Shown piece by piece: positions 25,568 to 38,395 of a stretch of 64,000 nucleotides of DNA; the first letter of the stretch is position 1, and each line of letters begins with the position of its first letter. Under the pieces are notes generated by a model. It did no database searches and was not told the origin of the DNA. It saw nothing but the letters and a program-made list of their open reading frames with translations. The position numbers and the translations under genes are program-made. The stretch is from Centroscyllium fabricii (lineage: Eukaryota), in NCBI GenBank assembly GCA_051313645.2, contig JBNRSN020000007.1, positions 49,600,001-49,664,000 on the forward strand, given 5' to 3'.

Positions 25568-25786
25568 CTGAAAATAAAATTAGAATAGGAGTTTAGTAGA
25601 CGGTTAATATTTACCCAGGAAATATGGAGGCAATACTGCAAACAGCGATAGACTTGATGCTAAAATCATTGAGGCAGTAAATCACACATTAAAGTCCAAT
25701 TGTTTTCCAGGGCCCCAGCTAAAGCAGCACCACAACTTGGCCAACATTTTTAGTCTGAACAAAATGTAATGAGACATCCAGTGTAC

Positions 25787-25975
25787 CTTTTCTTCTGCTC
25801 TTTCGTGTGCCTTCTTTTGCTCCATCTTTGACTTTGGATCCCTTCTTTTCATCTCCAGATTCACCGTCACTCATTGTGAGTTTACGCCTCAAAAGTCGAT
25901 GTCTATAACGCGGTTTCTTGGTCATTTCGAAGTCAGAGTCCGAATCTGAATCAGCCTCAGCTTCCTCCTCCTCAT
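25787..25975 (-). CDS. ATRX: ATRX exon (exon 12 equivalent)
   Basis: 189 bp, phase 1-1; (D)EEEEAEADSDSDSDFEMTKKPRYRHRLLRRKLTMSDGESGDEKK...KSRRK. Confidence 0.93.
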
Positions 25976-26812
25976 CTAGTTAAATAATTAAAGACCACTT
26001 TATTAAACATTTAGTCTTTACTAGAAAGCAGAATTTTAGGTCTAAGGATATTAATTTCAGTTTTAGTCCCATTTATACACCTAAAATTTCATGTTCATTC
26101 TTATTTTATGTAGTCTTCAGTTCAGTTTAATTCTATTTTCAGTCAGACTTTGGTTGCAGTCCAGGGAACCAAAGATAAAAAAAAACTATTGCACGTTCAG
26201 GTTTTCATTTTAGTCTATTCAGCAAATTATGTTTCAAAGTCAATTCTTGTTTCATTTCTCAACTAAAGACAAGAAATGTTGAGATAATAAACATTTTACC
26301 AGAAAGAAGGAAAACAAGAGGAAAAGAATGAGGGAAAGAGGCAGAGGGTTAAATTAAAAGTCAACCACATTGGTCTGAAACTGGAGTCACATAGGTCAGA
26401 CTGGGTAAGGACGTCAGTTTTCCTTCCTTAAAGGAAGGACACAAAGTGGCTCGTGTTGACCATGAACACCAGCACGAACCTGTTGGGCTGAATTGCCTGT
26501 TTCTGTGCTGCAAATACTAAGTGAGCCAGTTGGGTTTGTGACACAATTTAACTGAGTTTTAACTAAGATCATCCTTTTCAATTTCCAGTTTTCGTTTGAA
26601 AAGTCATCGACCAATACCCAGTGGTATGTTAGTCCTACAAATCCTAGTCCTAGTTTTAATCTGATCTCTCGTACTTGTCATCTTTATTTCTAATTTTAAT
26701 TTAGTTGGTGAGAATACAAATTTCGTCAAATGTCATTTTCCATCTCATTTTAATCCACTTGTAAAATACCCTTGGAATCTGAACAATTCTTTCCAGCCAA
26801 AATATTCAATTG

Positions 26813-26998
26813 CAGGTTGAAGACCGTTAATCCGGTAACTTCAGTCGTCGGGCATAAATCGCGCCGACTGCCATGCGCATGCACAAAATGGCCGCTGCGA
26901 TCGACGCTTCGGCAAATGCTCTGCGCACGCGCCGCCGAACGCATGCGCAGATCATTCAAAATGACCACTGGAAGTTTTGAATGATCTGCGCATGCGCC
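26813..26998 (-). mobile_element. pogo/Tigger-like MITE (family A, copy 3; one arm only)
   Basis: CAGGTTGAAGACCGTTAATCCG followed by arm motifs (AAAATGGCCG, CGCATGCGCAGATCATTCAAAA); the other terminus is absent. Confidence 0.8.
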
Positions 26999-27277
26999 AG
27001 CTTTGAGTTTCCAACTACAGGAAGGGCAATGAGAAGGGATTTTCAAAATCTGAGGGTGGACAAAAAGTCTAAACTGCAAAATCCTATTTAATTAGAAATA
27101 AGGACTTAACAGAAATCATTATAAAATTTAGCAAACATTTGCAACTCTTTCCAGTTAAAGAATTAAAAGTTTTTGGTACATTTACTATTAGCAATATTGG
27201 AGGCAAGAATTTTGTCCTGGAAAATGGGACAAATATGTCTGTCACCTGCACTGAACACATGTCTGGGTTTTCCTTAC

Positions 27278-27408
27278 CATTGTTGTCTTCTTCTTCATTT
27301 TTTTGGTCAGATTTCTTCTTTTCTTCTTCAGATTCCTCGTCTGAAGATTTATCATCGTTAGATGATAAATTTGCATTTATTTCTGCCAACAGCATCTTCT
27401 TGGCAATT
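27278..27408 (-). CDS. ATRX: ATRX exon (exon 11 equivalent), DAXX-binding helix
   Basis: 131 bp, phase 2-1, donor gtaagg; (R)IAKKMLLAEINANLSSNDDKSSDEESEEEKKKSDQKNEEEDNN. Confidence 0.95.
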
Positions 27409-28159
27409 CTGTCAAAATAAAGTTGAGAAAAATTATCAAATTTAATAATTGAATATGTTGAAATTTAAGTGAACAGTACCACTCAAACAATTCCTTGTAA
27501 CCAGTCATTGTTTTCTATGCATCAAATTAAGTTTATTTTTTTTACAAATTTTGCAGAAAATTAGTCTCATCCAAAAAATCATTTGGGAAAAAGAATCAGT
27601 AATAATTTGTGCAAGAGAATATGGATTCGCTTAACATTTATATTATACAGAAATCCCATCAAAATAAATGTCTTAATGTTCTTTGTACTTATCAGTAATA
27701 ATTCATGGGTATTAATCTTTCTTGAACTACCCCTATGAACAGTACTTTGCAGAAACAAGACCCCAAATCGAAAGATGAAACATTCTGCAGGGTCCCGTTT
27801 AGGTTTCCTGGCCTAGGAGTTTCCAAAATTTGTCCAAAACTACACTTACCCATCATTTTGTTACTATGAAATGGATAGCTTGAGAAATATACAGATAAAA
27901 GCAAAATCTACATTCACAAGAACCTTTAACAAGTTATTTTAGATAAACCTTAATTTGAGTATGAAGACTAAAGCTATATTACAAGTTTGTTCCAATTATT
28001 TTGGCTGCCAATACAGGTAAAGTACAATAAATGTAAAACTATTCTTCGCAAAACAGTGCAACCCCGTTACAGTGCCCGTTTGTGTATTTATCCAGTTTAC
28101 TAAAACTGTTGCATTCAAGGCCTATGCTATAGTTTATCTATTAAAATTTTTTTTTTTTT

Positions 28160-29140
28160 TTAATTTGTTCATGGAATGTGGGCGTCACTGGCAAGGCCAG
28201 CATTTATTGCCCATCTCTAGTTGCCCTCGAGAAGGTGGTGATGAGCCGCCTTCTTGAACCGCTGCAGTCCTTGTGGTGAAGGTACTCCCACAGTGCTGTT
28301 CGGGAGCGAGTTCCAGGATTTTCACCCAGTGACGACGAAGGAACAGTGATATACTTCCAAGTCAGGATGGCGTGTGACTTGGAGGGGAATTTGGAGGTGG
28401 TGGTGTTCCCATGTGCCTGCTGCCCTTGTCCTTCTAGGGGGAAGAGGTCGTGGATTTGGGAGGTGCTGTCGAAGAGGCCTTGGCGAGTTGCTGCAGTGCA
28501 TCATATAGATGATACACACTGCAGCCACGGTACGGCAGTGGTGGAGGAAGTGAATGTTTAAGGTGGCGGATGGGGTTCCAATCAAGCAGGCTGCTTTGGC
28601 CTGATGGTGTTGAGCTTCTGGAGTGTTGTTGGAGCTGCACTCATCCAGACAAGTGGAAAGTATTCCATCACACTCCTTACTTGTGCCTTGTAGATGGTGG
28701 AAAGGCTTTGGGGAGTCGGGAGGCGAGACACTCGCCACAGAATACCCAGCCTCTGACCTGCTCTTGTTGCCACAGTATTTGTGTGGCTGCTCCAGTTAAG
28801 TTTCTGGTCAATGGTGACCCCAGGATGTTGATGGTGGGGATTCGACGACGGTAATACTGTTGAATGTCAAGGGACGGAGGTTAGACTCTCACTTGTTGGA
28901 GATAGTCATTGCTTGGCACTTGTGTGGCGCGAATGTTACCTGCCACTATCAGCCCAAGCCTGAATGCCGTCCAAGTCTTGTTGCATGCGGCCATGGACTG
29001 CTTCATTATCTGAGGAGTTGTGAATGGCAGTGAACACTGTGCAGTCATCAGCAAAAATCTCCATTTCTGACCTTATGTTGGAGGGAAGGTCATTGATGAA
29101 GCAGCTGAAGATGGTTGGACCTAGGACACTGCCCTGTTGC
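28160..29140 (-). mobile_element. LINE 3' fragment, same family as 4556-7352
   Basis: QGSVLGPTIFSCFINDLP...FADD and RAGQRLGILWR...YKAQVRSVMEY; A-rich tail. Confidence 0.9.
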
Positions 29141-29384
29141 ATGTATTACTTTACGAGTGGCTACAAGTGTACATTATACCCATGAGAATTACAGTACAAT
29201 GTCAGTAACCTTTTTATTGTTCTTCCACAAAAAAAGTTAGTGAATCGTTTAAGTTGCAACAAATCTAATTTAGAACGCCAACGACAATTGGGGAAGGTGG
29301 GATGGTACAGGGAAGGAAATGCCTGGAGCAAGAAAGAGAAGGGAGGCAAGCAAGGATGAGTTCACTTACATTTATGGAGCAATT

Positions 29385-29680
29385 TGTCAGATCCTCATGA
29401 CATCCCAAAACACTACATAACCAATTATTTACACATCGTCACATGTAGGAAAATCAGACAGCCAAATTGCGCATAGCAAGATCCCACAAACAGCAAATCA
29501 GATGACTGGCCAGTTAATTATTTTTGGTGGCACCGGTTGAGGGAGAAATGTTGGCCAAGAAAACACCCTGCTCTTTAAATAGTACGGTGGGATTTTTACA
29601 TCCACCCGAATAGGCAGTGAGTCAATAAAACATTGAACCCATAATTGTGACTTAAAGGCAAGATTGATCTCAACTGAGCT
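29385..29680 (-). mobile_element. Degraded DeuSINE (SacSINE1/AmnSINE1-like)
   Basis: Deu-domain-like GCAAGATCCCACAAACAGCAA...GTTGGCCA...GGGATTTTTACATCCACC; paralogous to 61785-62190. Confidence 0.7.
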
Positions 29681-31439
29681 TACATAGTTAACGGCAAGAA
29701 TAGGACCGAAAAGGACTCAAATTCTTAAGCATCAGAAATATTTCATTGTATATCATTTTTAAAAATGCTACTTGCATTTAGATTTGCAAGCCAATGAACA
29801 AAATATCAAATAAAAGGAGTGTTCAAAAAAGTTAAATGCAAAAACAAACGACTAAGTAACTGGACTGATTAGCTACAGCAGTTAGGAAATATAATGTCGG
29901 TCAAAATTGGTTAAAAAGAAAAATTGTGTTCCGATAAACTCATCTTATGTAGGATCTTTAAAGAGCCTCAGGAGGGAGTCAAACCTCTAGTAAAGATGGC
30001 AACACTCCCAAGCCCCTCAATATTTGTGCTATTAAACCAGATGATCGTTTGAATCTCTTCCTCGGTCTACTCATCCTTCTGTGTAAATCTGCTCATTTTC
30101 AACCTAAATACGGGGACCTCTCGTACCCTTCTAACTACGATTCTATCGCCCACGTATCTATTTCTAAAGTTACAGAAACTGGTGTTAACTTTCAAATCAC
30201 ATTGAAGAATCTAACCTTATTCACTGGTTGTTACAATGGTGACCTGGTCTGTTACACATCTCCAACTAGACATCTCTAACTCAGTTCAGCATTTGTGAAT
30301 CATACATTATTGACTTAGACAGGATCGAAGACCATTCATTTCCAAACCAGTTAATGAATGTTCAAGTTTCCTCCAAGAAGATGGGTTTTCGCTTTTGTGC
30401 CAAATATTTCCCTTCTCCCCTCTGCCCCATCACCAAATTAAAGACAAAATTACTGTTTTTCACCATGCAGATAATCAGATGTGGCCACACATCACTGCAG
30501 CTTCAGGCACCACATTAACACATTCTTACAACTAAATGTCTTCAATGATGTGTCACACTCCACATACAATGGAGGTGTGCTAAATCATCGCCTTAAACAT
30601 ACAATTGTCTTTTGTTCCATCTTCTCACCCAGAGGCAAATCTACTTCGAGCCTCCCACAAGCTCAACATTTCTCACTCAACCCTATCCAGGGATGAACAT
30701 CTACTTTTCTTCTGCTTGACTGTCATCTTTTCCCCCTTTGTCGACTCTTCGAACGTTTCAAACTAGGTTACTTCTGCTGCAATAAATTGATAATGCCCAT
30801 AAATTCTCACAGTACTAGTAATTATGTACGTTCAGCCAATATATCCTCGGGTCACCCCTTAAGTGACATTTCCACAGTCACCGCAAACAATGGCGAGATG
30901 GAATGTCCAATCATATGAAGTTTAGGTTTTTGCTGTGATCATTTATTTTGATGAGAATTTCCCCTCAAATGATTTAATTTGCTCAATGCCTGCATTGCAG
31001 CTTCTATTATTCGGAACTACCTCAATCTCAGTGAGTTTGTATTCAATCATATTAGCAGTAATACATTACAGGGGGGGGAACACAACCCAATATGCTATTT
31101 GCACGATACTGTGAATTAATCCTTCAAATTGATCCCACCATGATTAGAGACAGACCAGCAACCATATAGTCAAATTTTCTCTCCAGCCACTGGGTAGTTT
31201 TGAAAGTTCAAGTAGACAGAATTTCACGATCACTATTTTGCTTTACTGAAATACTAGTGACAATATGAATTATGCGTAATCAGTTCCATTTTTAGTTCTG
31301 TATTATAATTCCAATATCTCAAGCAATTTGCCATTAAAGCAATCTACGTTTTTCTTCAAGAATAAGAAAGTAAATCAGTTCAAAATCTTAATACCACTTA
31401 GATGTTTTTAAAGTGAAGAAATCAACTTCAGTAATGGAA

Positions 31440-31620
31440 AAAACTGCAATGCTGGCAAACAGCAAAAACTGGTGAAAACACCCAGGCAGTATCTGTGGAG
31501 AGAATAGAGAGTTAACATTTCAGGCGTGGCCTTTAATCAGAACTTCTAACTAAGGGTAGACACTCGAAAAGTTAACTTGTCTGTCCTCTCTAGTGATCTG
31601 CGGAGTGTTTCCAGTATTGT
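31440..31620. mobile_element. Degraded Penelope-type inverted terminal remnant
   Basis: Imperfect palindrome around GAGTTAACATTTCAGG ... GAAAAGTTAACTT, similar to 36215-36383. Confidence 0.5.
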
Positions 31621-34600
31621 CGATGTTAGATACCAGTAATGCACTAATGTGACACATTATACACTTTAGCAGAATTAGATATATGTATTAAGGATTTCAT
31701 ATCTAAACAGTTAGAGATGTGTGAAGAAGATTCACTGCATAAAAATACAGAACTTAATTCTGATTACTGCACCAACAATAGTTAAACCAAGAAACATAAT
31801 TGCATGCAACATCATATATCAAAAGATAGGTCTGATTGTTTAACACAAGTTTTCACCTGAAGATAAATAGTTGAGTTTCCTTTGTCTTACACTTTCTATA
31901 CTTACACTGTATTAAAGTGTGGTGATGTGCAGGGTCTTCTGGTCTTTTGGAGCATACCGAATCTTGAGCTGGCCACCAGACTGAAGCTGGAACTTTCACT
32001 TCAGCAAGTCAACTAATCAGCTGCTTAGAACCCAATCCAAGGCGCACACTGGGCAACAAACGCTAGCTGTCACTGTTCAGTCAGTTGATTCAATCATCTT
32101 CCGCCATTTGGTTGCAGGTTCATTTAGTACTTCAGGTAGCGTACTGAGTGTTCAAAACCTGATGGTTTCTGTACAAATTCTTTTTCGTAGCTTGCCATAA
32201 AGGGTTTCCTTTAGTCAGGTTCATTGCATAAAGGCCGAATGTGCAAGATGATGGAATTGTTGCTCCCTCCCCCTTTCAACTACATTACTTCAAAAATACA
32301 CACAACTATAGGTGAAGCAGAGAACATTTCTTCCTACAAATTCTATGGGGACATCGGAGCAGCCGAGTCTGGTGCCAAAGTCCTGCATTCTCATTTACAT
32401 ACAGGCTGAACTGAAACCATTTTCCGTAGGTACAACCTCAGGTTTGTAGAAGAAATTGGTTCAAGTCCGGCTCAATCATGTTCAACCACCCACCCTTCCT
32501 CAATACAATAATTTGGAAACAAAAAATTGATGCAATTTAAGCCTTATAGTGCAACATACAAAAATATTAAGTATCACGCAAGCAAAAGAAATTCACTGGC
32601 ATTACTTGATAATCATTTTATATATACACACACACTTCAAATTTTCAACTGCCTCTTGTGGAAAACTTGCATTCCATAAAATATTTGCAATGAAAATTTA
32701 AGACTAACTTTTAATTTCATGCAGAGTTGGCGAGAAATTAAAGAACTTCAAGGTACTCAACCACTTTTCTGTATTTTAAAATGTGCCGTAGCTCCCGGTG
32801 GTTACCATGGAACCACCATTTCATAAGACAATTGTTTCATCATCTTAAACTTATACAAATACACAAAAGATTTGATATATTTGGTCTAACAAATACAAGC
32901 ATTCAATTCAATTCACAAGTTAACACATCTAATCTGCAAGCAAGTCAGGAACACTCGAGCACAATAAAACAGTCTGCACATGGCAAGGCAAAAGGTTATG
33001 AAGAAAACCATATTTCCCCATAAATGAAAATGGGGAACCAAATCATAAGCTCACGATAAACTCTGGCAACAGCTGTAACAGAAAAAAATTCCTCCACTGT
33101 GTAATAAGTCAAGGTACCAGATTTTTGAGTACTCTCAACACTAAAGGTATTACGATGAACTGAAATCACAAGTATTTTCATTTTTAAACTAGTTTGTTTC
33201 AAATAACTATTAAAAGAATATTCATCTCATTAAAAACCACGATAAATGGCATGTTGTCAGCAATGTATCCAACCTCAAAATAGAGCTTCAAACTTTGACA
33301 TTGATTAGATTTTCTAATACTTCATGATACTCTATTGATGAATATTGGTGATTTTCTTTTAAATCAAATTGTCAGAACAATTATAACAAAAACAGCTCTG
33401 CCCTATTTCAATAGTTTACTTGCAAATATAATTTTTGGTAAATTGGCACTGCTTTATTGCAAATCCAAGTGTGTGACATTTTGATTAGTTAACCTTTTAA
33501 ATTCTACAGCTCTATTTAGAAACTTACATTGAATTGCACTAAAACAAAATTCTTGGATTAAGTTTTAGGCATATCACAAAAATACACCTCTAAAACAATG
33601 AAAATAACAGTAAAAAAGGTAAATTGTGTTGAAAGGACAAAATCCAAAGTGAACATGCAAATCATATTCTAGATGAGGAAACGTTATTCATCCAAGGATG
33701 AATTATTCTATTCTAAAGATTTTTGACAAAACATTAGTCTGAAATGCTTGCCTTTGTTGTATTTTCTTCAATTTTAAAAACACACAGAACAAATTAAGCA
33801 CACAGGAATAGCAAACCAAAATGGAGTTTGCCGACCTTTCACCTGCCACATAAAATAGGATATAGTCCCTAAGGGAATCATCATGTGGAAGCATTTCCCT
33901 TGTAGAAGTTCCCCAAGTTCTTGTGACAGCTCGGTAGATAAATGCATCGACTGATGTAATACTGAGCCATATAAGCTAATACGGTCGCATTTTCCAATCA
34001 CCAGTCTTTGCTGATTTCAGCTATGGTGCCAATGAGCCACAGAATGTCACAGCACAGAAACAAGCCAGTCAGCTCAAGTCCATGCTGGATTTTTTCTCTC
34101 CACATAGGCCCCATGTCTAAATCTTTTGTTAACTTCTAAACCCTTTTAATATTACAGCAACTAATTCCCTTTTAAAATAATTGAGAGATTCTATTTCACC
34201 ACTGGTCTGTGGCAGGGAATTCTGCATCCAACCACTGCTAAATATTTGTTCTAATGTTCTTTTTAATTGTTTTTGTGATTATCTTGAATTTGCTTTCTCT
34301 CTTACGGACCAATGAAAACAATGTCAGTATTTGTCTCATCATAATCTTGAAGCCTGGTAAACCGATCAGCCCTCAAACATCTCAATTCTTCAGCAAATAA
34401 AAGCCTCAATTTTATAAGTCTTTCTTTATAACTGTAATCCCTCATCCATGGCACGACCAACATTTTAAATCCGTTGAATGGTCCTGATTAACTCAACGTT
34501 CTCCAAGTGCTTAGTGATTTAATCCTATACTATAGACACCATTAGTCTCTCAAACTGAAGAATAATTAGTCTATGACTTCCTGGCTTATCCCATCTCCAT

Positions 34601-35980
34601 TTTTTAAGGAGGATAATCACATTTGACATCCTTTAGTCCTCTGGCAAATTTATCCTTATATAATTTTGGAAAATTAGTCAGAACCTCACTATTTCTTTCC
34701 TAGCTATCCTCCGAATCCTTGGACTAAAAAAACCAATCAGGTCCCAATGATCGTTAAGTCTGACTAACTTTGAACATCATTTCAACAACTTTTTTTTAAT
34801 GTTGCACATTTAACAAAGTAAAACATCCCACGGTGCTTCACAGGAGCATTATCAAACAAAATAGTGACCTCCATTAACTGCTGTATGCTTCTGGAGATTC
34901 CAATATCCATCTCCTCTGTAGAAATGGAGAAGTACAGTATTTATTTCCACCATTCCCTCACTCCACTACAAACTTACTTTCATCTCTTAGCAGCCCTGCT
35001 TTTACTTTTCACTATCCCTCTATTACAGTTGGGTCACTACAATTGATCTCCGTACCCTTGAGTTTTGGAAAGGGTTGGAAGATGCCAAAAATCAACCAGC
35101 ATTCCAGCTTCCATTTGCTAACACATGACCCTTGCTGGAAAGTGAGTGTGTTGACGCCCAAGGATAGGATTGTACTTGGTTGTAACGCCCAAGATCCACT
35201 GTATACTCACCAATAACAGCCAATGGACTGCCAGCTCATCCCATTAAATGGTGTGAGGGGAAGTGGTAAATGCGCAGAAAAGCTTTGCTTTCCAAGGACT
35301 AGACAATCTGTCCAGAGACACAACTCTACTTTGGAATTACTGAACAAAACTGCTGGTCTGAAAAGTTGCCTTGACGGTTTTCTTTGGCTGGTTTGAATAA
35401 TTACCTGAAACACATCCACATGGATAGTCAACTAATGCAGATGGACTTTGCTTTTACTTATGGAGTCAGTTACTTCATCCTGCTCATCCATAAGGTCCAG
35501 TGTTCAGTATTTGAACTGTACCAATACCAGACCAACACTCTGTCGAAGCAAAGGGTAAGAAAATGAACGCTGCCCTACCTGCGGAGATAGCAGACCAAAG
35601 TCAGGCAATTAATCCTCATTTTGCTCGGAACTTAATATTTAATCTGTTTAAAGTCAACTATACTGATCATAATTCTAGCCTATTTAAGTTTCAGGTTTCA
35701 TATACACTTCTTGCACTAGGATCCCCAGCAAGTGGATTGTCCTCCCAATCCTGTAAGGGAGGTATTATTCACAAACAGAAGGGGTGAAGATGGCGGCTTC
35801 GGCCGAAGACCATTCAATGTATGTGTGCGTTTCGACCATCACAATGCAAATGGCCTTGAGCACCGTGGATAAGAAGTTCCAGTTGCAGGAGCCCTATAAA
35901 CAATCTTTCACAAGGAGCTAGAAAAATGTCCACTGTCATTAAGTCCAAATACGTATGCAATGCTGAGCCTATTTTTGTTA

Positions 35981-36180
35981 AGATGGGGAGATGCCGGTGT
36001 TGGACTGGGGAGGACAAATATAAGAAGTCACACAACACCAGGTTATAGTCCAACAGCTTTATTAGAAATCACAAGCTTTCGGAGTGCTGCTCCTTCCTCA
36101 GGTGAAGGACTTGTGAAAACTTGTGATTTCTAATAAAGCTGTTGGACTATAACCTGATGTTGTGTGACTTCTTATATTTT
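35981..36180. mobile_element. Penelope-like inverted pLTR pair
   Basis: 36016-36074 is repeated in inverted form at 36120-36179; the spacer holds a hammerhead core. Confidence 0.75.
36069..36105 (-). ncRNA. Minimal type I hammerhead ribozyme motif (Penelope-type)
   Basis: UCAC-CUGAGGA-A-GGAG-cagca-CUCC-GAAA-GC-UU-GUGA: stem I UCAC/GUGA, conserved cores, stem II, palindromic AGCU stem III, CUU cleavage triplet. Confidence 0.65.
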
Positions 36181-36214
36181 TGTTAAAAGTCTAGAACCAG
36201 CAATGATTGAAGAT

Positions 36215-36383
36215 AAAACAAAAGCAAAATATTGCAAATGTTGGGAATCTGAAAAAATAGAACATGCTGGAAATATTCAGGTCAGACAGCACCTGTGGAG
36301 AGAAACAGAGTTAACATTTCAGGCTGATGAGATCGACCTGAAACTTTAACTCTTGTTTCTCTCTCCACAGATGCTGCCTGACC
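36215..36383. mobile_element. Second Penelope-type inverted terminal remnant with damaged hammerhead
   Basis: Inverted arms 36280-36323 and 36337-36383; CTGATGA (36324) ... GAAAC (36340) with the 5' strand of stem II missing. Confidence 0.6.
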
Positions 36384-38003
36384 ATTTCTAATGATTGAAG
36401 ACAACTGCATTGGCCCAAGTCGAAGACTGCATTCATGGAAGCCAAGAGACTTTTCAGTGCCAATGACAGATTCTCATCACATGCTCGGGGAGAAGAAAAA
36501 AACCAAGGATTTCTGCTGTCAGGACAAACGAACCTGAAGGAGACATTTTTAATTATCTCTCTCTGTATCTATACACATACCCTATTAAAAGCAGAACATC
36601 TCTTAAAAGAAAGCCAGTCGATTCTCTTTCCCCCCCTCCCCTAAAATGAATTGAAACACTACTGTACAGAGGTTGACTGAATGAGGAACAATTGGCATCT
36701 ACAATAAGACACAGTTGGCCAAATAAGTGTACCCCGAACATCTCAGGGGCTGCATTGGTGTCAATCTAATTTTCCACTTTAAATGGCAAAAGGACAGTAA
36801 CATTTTACGAATTAAAAAAAAACTAATCATCTTGGTCTTGCTTCTTTACAACTTGAGAAAAAAGGCCGTTCACTGCCTATATACAAGTTAGAACAATAGA
36901 CAAAGTAAATTTGTCATACATTCAAGCAGTCCCAAAATCTGAACAATTAGTGTGAGCTGCAGACTAAAAATGTAGGATGCTCATAACAGATGTAGAGAGA
37001 CTTTAATGCATGTTTTGAAAAAATCCATGAGCTTGTCTAACTCCCCAAATTGTGCCCTGTTGGTACACTGCAAAAGTTATTTTGAATTTCCAATTGATCG
37101 ATTTGGTTAAAAACTTTTGAACATTATCCCAAAGAAAAATAACTAAAAAATGGAACACAGACCATTGATCTTTGGGCCTAGTCTGTGGCACAGCAAAAAG
37201 ATGCAGCAAAATAAAGCAATTAGATTGGAGGAAGAAATGACTTGAACCTCATTTTCCAGCTTGAAGTTAGAAAGCAGCCTGCTCCAAATTATTGGTCAAG
37301 TCTAAGTATTTGACCAATAACTATTCATGATAGTTCAGTTATTTATGTTTTGGAAGATTTTTAATTCATTAGATATGCTGTAGACGGTTGAGAATTATCA
37401 GAAGCGTGAATTAAAAAAATGTTATATTCCATACTGTTTCATGTGAGTGACACAGGTGTGATTCAGCTGAATACTGGAAAATCTCCATCACAAGATGACC
37501 AAAAAATAGGTTTGTTCATTCAACCTTACAGAGCAGGGCTGATGCTTCAATCGTTGAACCTGCAGGTGCTGTGTACAGCCAGTGCTATGTTAAAATGACT
37601 GCTTTACTGGATTTGACAATTCACTTCTGTAAACAAGAAAAAAGTTCCAGCGGCATCTTTGCACCCTACACACAATGATAGAGCTTTAATAAAGTCTGCA
37701 GTACTGGGCAATACAAAATAAAACTGCCTTTTTAAAAAGGCAACCATCTCTATGTTTTCCCACTGCAAATATTTTATGTGTCGTTACAAATAAATCCAAG
37801 GTACCAAAATGTCTGGCAATACATAGTTAACAGAAAAATGACATCAACACTACATATTACATTGTGGAAAATATGATCCAGCAACAATGCCATGTTAACA
37901 TGTTCTGAAATAGTTCCAACAACAACCACTTGTATTTATATAGCGCCTTTAATGTAGTAAAATGTCCCAAAGCGCTTCACAGGAGTGTTCCAACTGCAAC
38001 TCC

Positions 38004-38395
38004 AGGGCGGCACGGTGGCACAGGGGTTAGCACTGCTGTCTCACAGCACTAGAGACCCGGGTTCAAATCCAGCCTCGGGTACTATCTGTGTGGAGTTTGC
38101 ACATTCTCCCCGTATCTGCGTGGGTTTCCTCCGGGTGCTCCGGTTTCCTCCCACAGTCCAAAGATGTGCGGGTTAGGTTGATTGGCCAGGATAAATTGAC
38201 CCTTAGTGTTAGGGGGATTGAATATGTGGGGTTACGGGGATAGGGTGGGATATGTGTCGGTGCAGGCTCGATAGGGATCGAGGGATACGGGGACAAGGCA
38301 GGGACAGGGTACTGGGTTTGGATGATCAGCCATGATCTCATTGAATGGCGGAGCAGGCTCGAGGGGCCGAATGGCCTACTCCTGCTCCATCTTCT
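38004..38395 (+). mobile_element. HE1-like V-SINE
   Basis: GGGCGGCACGGTGGC head, GGTTCAAATCC B box, V-domain, CR1-type 3' end. Confidence 0.92.

Noticed and set aside
27246-27277. Alternative downstream donor for exon 11 (CAG|gtgac)
   Set aside because: Would end in phase 0 while the next exon needs phase 1; the gtaagg donor fits the frame.
36324-36350. Functional hammerhead in the second Penelope-type remnant
   Set aside because: CTGATGA and GAAAC are present but stem II cannot form, and it is antisense to ATRX.
38004-38080. tRNA-like A/B boxes (also near 25260, 57274 and 23520)
   Set aside because: Heads of SINEs, continuous with V-domain or LINE-derived tails; no full cloverleaf.
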